Assembly: GCA_027324805.1 (NCBI GenBank)
Contig: DAHVRZ010000001.1
Span: 2,945 to 66,944 of the forward strand
Direction: 5' to 3'
Length of the DNA: 64,000 nucleotides
Source of the DNA: Candidatus Parcubacteria bacterium
GTDB taxonomy: Bacteria > Patescibacteriota > Minisyncoccia > UBA6257 > 2-01-FULL-56-20
Shown in pieces: positions 37,590 through 44,883 of the stretch. The first letter of the stretch is position 1, and the number at the start of each line of letters is the position of its first letter. The notes beneath the pieces were generated by a model. That model saw nothing but the letters and a program-made list of their open reading frames with translations, was not told where the DNA came from and did no database searches. A program made the position numbers and the translations under genes.

Positions 37590-37901
37590 TGGAGACGGGC
37601 GGAGTCGAACCGCCGTGTAATGATGGTGACGTGGGCCGTCTACGGGCGTAGTCTAAACGAGTTTAGGCAGAAATGGTCCTAGGTTCTCGCCCTGCGCATA
37701 GGGCCGTCTGCGCGAGGCCAGTCTCCTTGTATAAGACCGGTATCAGCTCAAGAGACCCGAACTGGCCGATCCCGAACTAGGCGAAAGCGAAGCTCGGAGC
37801 TGCAACTTTGGAGTTGGCAGTTATAGATTGTGCGGCGATTACGTCGCCGCCATCGGCCCGCAAACCCACGGAAGATCATTATCGAAGCCGGGTGCGTCCC
37901 C
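37590..37901 (-). ncRNA. ssrA: tmRNA (SsrA), standard one-piece form
   Basis: 5' GGGGACG pairs with 3' CGUCUCC-A, including the G3:U70 wobble (alanine identity). 3' tRNA-like T-arm GGCGG-UUCGACU-CCGCC. Internal tag reading frame GCC AAC UCC AAA GUU GCA GCU CCG AGC UUC GCU UUC GCC UAG gives (A)ANSKVAAPSFAFA*. 5' region GGGGACGCACCCGGCUUCGAUAAUGA resembles E. coli GGGGCUGAUUCUGGAUUCGAC. smpB present at 17474. Confidence 0.85.
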
Positions 37902-37962
37902 AATATTAAGATGCACATCCCCATGACAAATAACCGGATTCTCTAAAGGGAAATGCTTGGTT

Positions 37963-37991
37963 ATTATACTATATTTTTGAACTATTTGCAA
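37963..37991 (-). promoter_or_regulatory. Sigma-70 promoter driving the tmRNA precursor
   Basis: TTGCAA - 17 nt - TATAAT on the minus strand, about 60 nt upstream of the mature tmRNA 5' end (leader presumably removed by RNase P). Confidence 0.7.
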
Positions 37992-38070
37992 TTTACTCGC
38001 GCCAAGGAAACGGCCGCTCCTCCGGTGGTATAATAAAACTGCAAAGGTCGTAATACGGGCTTTCCTTATT

Positions 38071-38307
38071 ATGGACACCTCTTCAGTACCGGAACAGGGC
38101 ATGAAGCATGAGATGCACGGCACGATCTGCCGCCATCCCCGCCATAGAGCGGTTCCCATTCTCGCGATCATCATCGGATTAGAGTTTTTCCTTGCCGAGA
38201 TCGGCGTGCTCACGTGGGAGTTTGTGAATGTCACTTGGCCGCTTCTTCTCATCGTTGCCGGCATCGTCGGTCTTTCCGGCCATCACTATCATTATCACGA
38301 CCAGTAG
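38071..38307 (+). CDS. Possible small membrane protein (low confidence)
   Basis: 78-aa ORF with two hydrophobic helices and a His-rich C-terminus (HHYHYHDQ). No clear RBS. Overlaps the tmRNA promoter region on the opposite strand. Confidence 0.25.
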   Translation: MDTSSVPEQGMKHEMHGTICRHPRHRAVPILAIIIGLEFFLAEIGVLTWEFVNVTWPLLLIVAGIVGLSGHHYHYHDQ

Positions 38308-38355
38308 TCGCGATGGGTGTAAAAATAAAAACATCGTCACAGTGGACGATGTTTT

Positions 38356-38973
38356 TTATTTATCTGCCGGCTGTCCCTGGGGTTCGTCCTCTCCATCCTT
38401 CTCCTCCGCTACCTTCTGGATGTTGGCCCGCCTGAGAAGTTCCTGCTGAAGCCACTCCGCGAGATCTTTGTCGAGCGCCGGGAGGATACCCTCGCTGTCG
38501 TCCTCCCCCGGCCTCCCGACATCCTCATGTCCCGCGGTAAGGATCATGATTCTCGAGAGTCCCATCATTTGGAATGAAAGGTCGCGCTCGATGTCAACGT
38601 CCTGGATCTGGCGGTATGGAATGGCGATCTCTTCCTTTTCGAGAATGCCGCGCTTGATCTTCAGCGAATCTTCGCCCAGTGCAAATTTGTAATTTTTATA
38701 AACAAGCAATGAGACAAAAAAGACGAGGCCGAACATGACGACAAAAAGGATCGCGGAAATCCCCGCACCGATCATGGCATAGGCCGCAAGGTTGCCGAAA
38801 GGCGTTGCGGCGAGTGATTTCTGGGTTCCCATCACAAGGAACACCGCCGCAAGGATAAGGAACACTCCCGCGCCGTTCACACGCTCAAAAACGAATATCC
38901 AGAGGGTCTTCTTTCCCAGTGTGCGATACTGCTCTTCGGGAATTCCGGGATGCGTTATCGGTCCTTCTTCCAT
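38356..38973 (-). CDS. Bacterial PH-domain membrane protein (YdbS/DUF304, bPH_2)
   Basis: 205 aa from the internal ATG. Two TM helices then IKRGILEKEEIAIPYRQIQDVDIERDLSFQMMGLSRIMILTAG (bPH_2 signature). The longer track ORF (to 39627) overlaps infC and is rejected. Confidence 0.7.
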   Translation of the reverse strand: MEEGPITHPGIPEEQYRTLGKKTLWIFVFERVNGAGVFLILAAVFLVMGTQKSLAATPFGNLAAYAMIGAGISAILFVVMFGLVFFVSLLVYKNYKFALGEDSLKIKRGILEKEEIAIPYRQIQDVDIERDLSFQMMGLSRIMILTAGHEDVGRPGEDDSEGILPALDKDLAEWLQQELLRRANIQKVAEEKDGEDEPQGQPADK

Positions 38974-39021
38974 TTTGATTATTTTACCACACTCAAGTAC
39001 AATGGGATTTAAGGAACATCC

Positions 39022-39561
39022 ATAGATTATCCATCGGGTAAGTTTTCCACTCCCATTCCCAAACCCCGCATCAACAGCCAAATAACAGCCCCCGAACTCC
39101 GCGTGATCGGAGAGGACGGAGCAAATCTCGGTGTCATGCCTCGCAACGAGGCTCTTAAGCTCGCCCGCCCGGACGACGGGGTTGACCTTATTGAGATCTC
39201 CGCAAACGCCAACCCGCCCGTCGTGCGGCTCATGAACTACGATAAGTTCCGCTACGAGGAAGAAAAGCGGGTCAAGAAAGAGCGGCTTGCCCAAAAAGGC
39301 ATCGCCTTGAAGACGGTGCAGATCAGCGCCCGCGCTGCCGAGAATGACCTTATGGTCCGCGTGCGACAGGTGGAGAAGTTCTTCGGACAGGGACATCCTG
39401 TCGAGATCACCATGCGTCTCCGCGGCCGCGAAAAGCGGAATCGTGATTTTGCCATGCAGAAGCTTCACGACTTTCTCAAGCTCCTGCCCATGGAATACAA
39501 GAAGCTCGGTGAACCCCGCTTCCTCGGCAACGGCCCCGCCGTCCAGATAGCAAAAAAATAA
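39022..39561 (+). CDS. infC: Translation initiation factor IF-3, non-AUG start (ATA at 39022 or ATT at 39055)
   Basis: Conserved N-terminal segment KPRINSQITAPELRVIGEDGANLGVM lies upstream of the first in-frame GTG (39103). In-frame ATA has SD AAGGA 6 nt upstream. IF-3 genes classically use AUU/AUA/AUC starts for autoregulation. C-terminal domain intact. Confidence 0.8.
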   Translation: MDYPSGKFSTPIPKPRINSQITAPELRVIGEDGANLGVMPRNEALKLARPDDGVDLIEISANANPPVVRLMNYDKFRYEEEKRVKKERLAQKGIALKTVQISARAAENDLMVRVRQVEKFFGQGHPVEITMRLRGREKRNRDFAMQKLHDFLKLLPMEYKKLGEPRFLGNGPAVQIAKK

Positions 39562-39626
39562 GACTTCTGGTGCATATTGACAATATAGCACTTTATGTGT
39601 TATTATTGTCCTAGGAGGGTAATTCA

Positions 39627-39827
39627 ATGTTCACAGCAAATCCGGCACTTCTCATGTCCGGAATGATTCTCTGTTTTGTGCTCTTACTGATCCGCAAGCC
39701 GCGGATCCTTGCCATGTGCCCCGGCATCTTTGGGGCAATGGTGTTCGGTGCCGGTATCTACGCCGCCATCAACTGGAGCCAGATAACAACCACAGGTCAG
39801 CAGTTCATCGCGACCTATCTTCGATAG
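39627..39827 (+). CDS. Small membrane protein (66 aa) encoded between infC and rpmI
   Basis: Strong RBS GGAGGG 7-8 nt upstream of the ATG. Two hydrophobic helices. Confidence 0.55.
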   Translation: MFTANPALLMSGMILCFVLLLIRKPRILAMCPGIFGAMVFGAGIYAAINWSQITTTGQQFIATYLR

Positions 39828-39858
39828 AAGTCTCGACCGCCGCCGAATCAGTCATCCA

Positions 39859-39892
39859 GGGCAGGAACCCCACGTTCCTGCCTTTCGTATTT
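39859..39892 (+). terminator. Intrinsic terminator/attenuator hairpin upstream of rpmI-rplT
   Basis: GGCAGGAAC-CCCAC-GTTCCTGCC followed by TTTCGTATTTT. Confidence 0.6.
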
Positions 39893-40085
39893 TATGACGG
39901 CCCTAATTGGCACACCGATTTCATATGGAAAGCTGCATGGATCGTGGGTTCGCGCCTTCCCCCGCCAGATACCGAGGGGCCGTTCGGGATTTGCATAATT
40001 CGAAATGGTGTGATATCCTCTTACCTATTGAGCAGGAGATGATCCCTCGACTCGAGGGATTTTTATAGAAAACCCCAAGAATTCC

Positions 40086-40256
40086 ATGCCCTCGAAAAGT
40101 TTGACCAAACGCATAAAGATCACGAAGAACGGGAAGATCGTCCGGCGCTCTATGGGCATCGATCATTTTAAGACGCGCAAAAGCACCAAAACCAACCGCA
40201 ATTCGCGGAAAATGGTCTCGCTCAATATCTCTCTTAAAAAACTTTTGAACTACTAA
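40086..40256 (+). CDS. rpmI: 50S ribosomal protein L35
   Basis: 56 aa, MPSKSLTKRIKITKNGKIVRR..., basic. Canonical infC-rpmI-rplT order. Confidence 0.8.
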   Translation: MPSKSLTKRIKITKNGKIVRRSMGIDHFKTRKSTKTNRNSRKMVSLNISLKKLLNY

Positions 40257-40260
40257 CGCC

Positions 40261-40608
40261 ATGCCGAGAGTCAAACGGGGCACCATCGCCAACAAGCGCC
40301 GCGCCAAGGTCCTCAAGCGGACCAAGGGATTCCGTTGGGGGCGCAAATCAAAAGAGCGCTATGCCAAGGAAGCCCTTCTCCACGCGGGCGCACATGCATT
40401 CCGCGGACGCAAGGAGAAAAAGCGCATCTATCGCCAGCTCTGGAATGTGAAAATCAACGCCGCGATCCGCGAGGAAGGAATGAGCTACAGCAAGTTCATC
40501 GCCGCACTCAAGAAGGCGAATATCGCCCTAGACCGCAAGATCCTCGCCGATCTCGCCGAGAACGAACCGGAGGTGTTCAAAAAAGTGGTTGGCTCGATAA
40601 AGAAATAA
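40261..40608 (+). CDS. rplT: 50S ribosomal protein L20
   Basis: 115 aa. MPRVKRGTIANKRRAKVLKRTKGFRWGRK... typical L20. Confidence 0.92.
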   Translation: MPRVKRGTIANKRRAKVLKRTKGFRWGRKSKERYAKEALLHAGAHAFRGRKEKKRIYRQLWNVKINAAIREEGMSYSKFIAALKKANIALDRKILADLAENEPEVFKKVVGSIKK

Positions 40609-40615
40609 AATAAAA

Positions 40616-40645
40616 ACCGCATCCTGAAGTGATGCGGTTTTTATT
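40616..40645. terminator. Bidirectional rho-independent terminator (rplT / NUDIX)
   Basis: AAAAACCGCATC-CTGAAGT-GATGCGGTTTTTATTTCTT. Confidence 0.85.
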
Positions 40646-41177
40646 TCTTCTCCTCCCGGACCGCCTTCTGCCGCTCCTGCCGGTGGGGCACCTGCGGCGG
40701 CCGCCGCCTCGGACGAAGAAAATCGTTCGCCTGCTTCAATACCTTCTTCGTGTCCACATACTTCTTGCCAATAACATTCATCGCATCGTGGTAAAGGAAC
40801 CAGCCGTAGCCGCTATGTTCGCGCGGGCGGATGATAATCTCCGCTTTGTGCGTCTCCGCAAGAAAAAGGATGACGGTGTCATAGATCCCCTGCGCCCCTA
40901 TTTTGAAATAGAAGCGCTCGTAGGCGCGGAAGTTCGGCATGATGCGCAGCTCGTTTTTTTTGATCCCCGTTTCCTCCTCGAGTTCCCGCAGAGCGGTGTC
41001 GATGCTCCTTTCGCCCGGCTCGAAGTGCCCTTTCGGGAAATTCCAATAATTGCCGCGGCGATAGAGAAGAAGGAATTTTATCCCGTCGCTCGTTTTGCGA
41101 TAAACGACAAACCCGGCCACCACCTGCTTTTTTGTGGGAATACGCTTGGACTCGTCGGGTCCTTTTGGTGATGACAT
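40641..41177 (-). CDS. NUDIX hydrolase
   Basis: Nudix box GHFEPGERSIDTALRELEEETGI (GX5EX7REUXEEXGU). Confidence 0.88.
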   Translation of the reverse strand: MSSPKGPDESKRIPTKKQVVAGFVVYRKTSDGIKFLLLYRRGNYWNFPKGHFEPGERSIDTALRELEEETGIKKNELRIMPNFRAYERFYFKIGAQGIYDTVILFLAETHKAEIIIRPREHSGYGWFLYHDAMNVIGKKYVDTKKVLKQANDFLRPRRRPPQVPHRQERQKAVREEKK

Positions 41178-41265
41178 GGGGTAATTCTACCATAAGCCCC
41201 TGCGTCGGGGGCACCTCTTTTCATTTTTAAATGATATGGTATAATATATCCAGGAGGGTTTGACT

Positions 41266-41748
41266 ATGGATGGTTCTTTGGGTGGCGTCCTGCTACTTGC
41301 CATATCGTTGCTCCTTTTTCTCTTTGTGCTGGAGATGACCCCTGCATCGCTCGATGAAATAAAAGAGGTCGCCGCCTCGATCGACGATCTGGAGGTTACC
41401 CGCTTTGCATCTTCCCCGGGAGATCCCCGCATAACCTTCATGGTCTGTGGATATTCCCCGCGGGGAGTATACCACTGCACATATACCATGCTTGCCCTTG
41501 CGGTCCATGGGGAGGAGCTTTTTGTCTCTGAAACAATCGTTGCGAACGTCGGCTTCATGAAGACGGGATCGCTTCATGCGGAGTTTCTCAACGACAAGCT
41601 CATGGAATGGGGGCGGAGCAAAGACGGGAAACAAAGGCCCATACCCGAAGACGAAGAGGCTGCGCTGCTTCTCGAAAACCTTCTTGGCATGGCGCGTTAC
41701 GCCGTCCGTCATCACTTGTCCGTTTCGATCATCGCGGCTTCATCGTAG
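41266..41748 (+). CDS. Hypothetical secreted/membrane-anchored protein
   Basis: SD GGAGGG 7 nt upstream of the ATG (the track starts at an in-frame TTG two codons earlier). TATAAT-type promoter (TGGTATAAT) about 20 nt further upstream. N-terminal hydrophobic segment. Confidence 0.55.
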   Translation: MDGSLGGVLLLAISLLLFLFVLEMTPASLDEIKEVAASIDDLEVTRFASSPGDPRITFMVCGYSPRGVYHCTYTMLALAVHGEELFVSETIVANVGFMKTGSLHAEFLNDKLMEWGRSKDGKQRPIPEDEEAALLLENLLGMARYAVRHHLSVSIIAASS

Positions 41749-41793
41749 CATTATGCACGATGGGGCCGCTTTTCTTTTTCCCCGCTTTCCGGC

Positions 41794-43554
41794 TCAATGC
41801 CCTTTCAACTTCTTGAGCATCGCCCCAAGCGGCCATGCATTCACAACATCGCTCCTGCACGCCCATCCACGGCGCGCCTGTGAGATGCCGTATTCAAGAT
41901 AGGCATAATGCGCAGTTGCGTGCGCGTCGGAATCTATTGAGAGACGGACGCCGGCCTCCACGCACTTGCGGATATATTCGTCCTTGAGGTCGGCCCGGTC
42001 CGGCAAGGCGTCTATCTCAAGCACCGTGCCGTTCTTTTTCGCCGCCGCTATGACCGCATCCATATCCACTTCGATAGGCGGGCGGCGATTGATGATGCGG
42101 TCGGTCGGATGGAAAAGAATGTCCACATGAGGATTCGCGATGGCGCGAAGCACGCGCTCTGTTTGTTCCTTTTTTGAAAGATTAAAGAACGAATGCACCG
42201 ATACGCCGACCACGTCGAGCTTTGCGAGTATCTCATCGGGCAGGTCGAGCGATCCGTCCTTCAGGATGTCGCACTCCGTTCCTTTTAATATTTTTATCTT
42301 TCCGCCAAGTTTTCTGTTTACCGCATCAATCTCCTTCCATTGCTCTTTGATGCGCACTTCGTCGAGCCCATGCGTCATAGCGAGCCGCTTCGTATGGTCC
42401 GTTATCGCGATATATTTCAGCCCGCGGGCCATCGCGGCGCGGGCCATCGCTTCGATGGAATCCGCCCCATCGGTCCAATTCGTCTGCACCTGAAGATCGC
42501 CCACGAGGTCGCTATAGCCGATGATCTTCGGCAGTTTATGCGCGAGCGCCGCCTGCACCTCTCCCGTATTCTCCCGCAGTTCCGGCTCGGGCCAATCCAT
42601 ACCCAGTATTTTGTATATTTCCTTTTCGTCGGCACCGGCCACACTCTTCCCTTTCACGCCATCCTTTATTCTGAAAAGGCCGTACTCATTGAGCGTGAAT
42701 CCCTTTTTGATCGCAAGCTGGCGGATTGCAACATTGTGATCCTTCGAACCGGTGAAATAATTGAGCGCCGCACCATAGGACTCCTTCGGCACCACCCGCA
42801 GATCAACGTTGATCCCCGGCCTTATTTTTATCGATGACTTCGTTTCTCCGTGCGCAATCACGCTCATCACACCCGGCATGGAAACAAACTTTTCCATGAT
42901 GGCTTTTGGGTTTGAAGAGGCGGCGAGAATATCTATATCGCCGACCGTCTCTTTCCGCCTGCGGGCCGAACCCGCCACAACCACCTTCTCCGCGCCCGGC
43001 ACAGAGGAAAGCGCCGCTTCAATCTCCCGTATTCGAGTCATCAGGGAACCCAGAACGAACCGCTGTCCGCTCCCCTTTGCAAACTCGATGCCTTTCAATA
43101 TCTTTTCCTCGCTTTTCTTCCCAAACCCCGGAAGCGTTGCTATCTTCCCTTCTTTCGCCGCTTTTTCAAGCTCCTTAAGATTCCTTATTCCAAGCTCTTT
43201 GTAAAGCCTCTGCACCGACTTCGGACCCATCCCCTCCACGCGGGCAAGCTCGTCGAGCCGCACCGGCGTCGCCTTTTTCAACTGTTCGTATTCCTTTACC
43301 TTCCCCGTATCCAAAAACTCGGCGATCTTTTCGGCGATACCCTGCCCGATACCGGGGATCTCCATGAGCGCTTTTTTGCCGCCCGCCGCGAACCTTTCCG
43401 CCATACTTTCCTCGAGTCCTTCCACCGTCATCGCCGCTTTTTCGTACGCGCGGGGTTTGAAAGGAACCTGCTGCATGGCAAGGTATTCCCCGATCTGACG
43501 GAGGATTTCCGCTATATCATGATTTGCGGGATATGCCCGTCGCGATGAGGCCAT
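41794..43554 (-). CDS. polX: DNA polymerase X family protein with C-terminal PHP (phosphoesterase) domain
   Basis: 586 aa. HhH motifs, Pol-beta nucleotidyltransferase signature GSARRRKETVGDIDIL, and a C-terminal PHP domain with His/Asp-rich motifs. Confidence 0.9.
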   Translation of the reverse strand: MASSRRAYPANHDIAEILRQIGEYLAMQQVPFKPRAYEKAAMTVEGLEESMAERFAAGGKKALMEIPGIGQGIAEKIAEFLDTGKVKEYEQLKKATPVRLDELARVEGMGPKSVQRLYKELGIRNLKELEKAAKEGKIATLPGFGKKSEEKILKGIEFAKGSGQRFVLGSLMTRIREIEAALSSVPGAEKVVVAGSARRRKETVGDIDILAASSNPKAIMEKFVSMPGVMSVIAHGETKSSIKIRPGINVDLRVVPKESYGAALNYFTGSKDHNVAIRQLAIKKGFTLNEYGLFRIKDGVKGKSVAGADEKEIYKILGMDWPEPELRENTGEVQAALAHKLPKIIGYSDLVGDLQVQTNWTDGADSIEAMARAAMARGLKYIAITDHTKRLAMTHGLDEVRIKEQWKEIDAVNRKLGGKIKILKGTECDILKDGSLDLPDEILAKLDVVGVSVHSFFNLSKKEQTERVLRAIANPHVDILFHPTDRIINRRPPIEVDMDAVIAAAKKNGTVLEIDALPDRADLKDEYIRKCVEAGVRLSIDSDAHATAHYAYLEYGISQARRGWACRSDVVNAWPLGAMLKKLKGH

Positions 43555-43585
43555 ACATCCATTCTACCGCATCGGGAGCACCGCG

Positions 43586-44866
43586 CTATCGTTCAGCATC
43601 ATACAGCGCCATAATCTCCGCCGGCGAAAGCGCACGACCATACACGCGGATATCATCTTCCCATCCGTTGAAAAGCTGCCCGCTGTACCCCGACCCAATA
43701 TAAATCGGGAGGTTGTTCGTATTGATAGGGGTGTTGTAGGCAACAGAAAACTGCTGGGAACCATTCAGATAAATCCGCCTATATGCTCCGTCGTAGACGC
43801 CACACGCGAACGTCCATGTGTTGGCATTGATTGCGGGAGTTCCGGAATCGCCGTAACCTGTATCGTTTACTGCAAAATAGATATGGCCCCCATTAATGTA
43901 GAGATACCACAGCGAATTGGACGCTCCGCCCCCGAACCCTTTTGTTATTGCCCGCTGGGCGACAGAGGTATTGTTTGGATATATCCAAACACATACGCTC
44001 ACGGAATTTGTGACGTTATAGGCCGATATGGCAGGCACGGAAATATATGTGGTCGCCCCATCGAATGCTCCCGCATACGATCCCACCTTACCTCCAATGT
44101 AGTAAGTGCCGTTTTGGCCGACCGCCGTGCCGATCCAAGCGCCATTGTTCCCGTTGATCCCCTCGAGCGCAACCGTACCCGATCCCTCGTTGAGCGGCCA
44201 ATATCCCACCAGCCCCGAAGGATTGTAAAGGAGGGATATTGAAGGGACGCCCGCGGAAATGATTTCTGGGAAAAGGCTTGTCTGCGGATTGTTCGCGTAG
44301 TTCTGTTTGTACTTTGAAGATTCGAAGTCCGCGGTGGCCTCATATTGAGATCCGCTCATGCCGTAGGAATAGAAGAGTCCGGAGGAGGTTTGATTCACGG
44401 GATCCACAGGGAGAGAACCAAATGGGGCACCGGCGGAGATCTGACTGAAATTAACAGGGAGCCATCCGGTACCGTTCGTGGCGCGGTATGTTGCGGAAGA
44501 GGCACAGTTCCATGACTGACCGGCACCCAGTGCTGGGAGGTCAAGATCCCCGCAGGTCGAAGAGCTGTCCGATATGGACACATATGCAAGGGAGGATGTT
44601 CCGAGGGAATACGAGGGTGTCCCCGAGAGGTCGGTTTGGTAAAGGTTCAGGGCGGAGCCGAGGGTTGCCATATCGGAGACCCGGTTTGCATCCCTCGATT
44701 GAGCGAGGAGCTGACTAGGATTCAAGACAAGGACTACAACAACCGCGAGGATCGCGATAATGGCGATCACAACAAGAAGCTCAATAAGAGTGAATGCGGA
44801 GCGGAAACGCGATGGCCGATCATTACATTCCGCCGCGCCAAGAAAGCGTATATATTTCATGTACAA
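43586..44866 (-). CDS. Type IV pilin-like protein with C-terminal LamG-like (concanavalin A-like lectin) domain
   Basis: N-terminal RSA/FTLIELLVVIAIIAILAVVVVLVLNPSQLL prepilin signal (Ala at -1). C-terminal about 200 aa GYWPLNEGSG...SLWYLYINGGHIYFAV...IRVYGRALSPAEI resembles Laminin_G_3. Confidence 0.8.
   Translation of the reverse strand: MYMKYIRFLGAAECNDRPSRFRSAFTLIELLVVIAIIAILAVVVVLVLNPSQLLAQSRDANRVSDMATLGSALNLYQTDLSGTPSYSLGTSSLAYVSISDSSSTCGDLDLPALGAGQSWNCASSATYRATNGTGWLPVNFSQISAGAPFGSLPVDPVNQTSSGLFYSYGMSGSQYEATADFESSKYKQNYANNPQTSLFPEIISAGVPSISLLYNPSGLVGYWPLNEGSGTVALEGINGNNGAWIGTAVGQNGTYYIGGKVGSYAGAFDGATTYISVPAISAYNVTNSVSVCVWIYPNNTSVAQRAITKGFGGGASNSLWYLYINGGHIYFAVNDTGYGDSGTPAINANTWTFACGVYDGAYRRIYLNGSQQFSVAYNTPINTNNLPIYIGSGYSGQLFNGWEDDIRVYGRALSPAEIMALYDAER
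44741..44787. repeat. About 47-nt near-identical repeat (pilin N-terminal coding segment), copy B
   Basis: GCGAGGATCGCGATAATGGCGATCACAACAAGAAGCTCAATAAGAGT matches 1372..1418 with 4 mismatches. Confidence 0.7.
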
Positions 44867-44883
44867 TCTTTTCCTGCCCCACT

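Noticed and set aside
38974-39627. N-terminal 218 codons of the 423-aa minus-strand ORF 38356..39627
   Set aside because: Overlaps the well-supported infC gene on the opposite strand. The bPH_2 protein is complete from the internal ATG at 38973.
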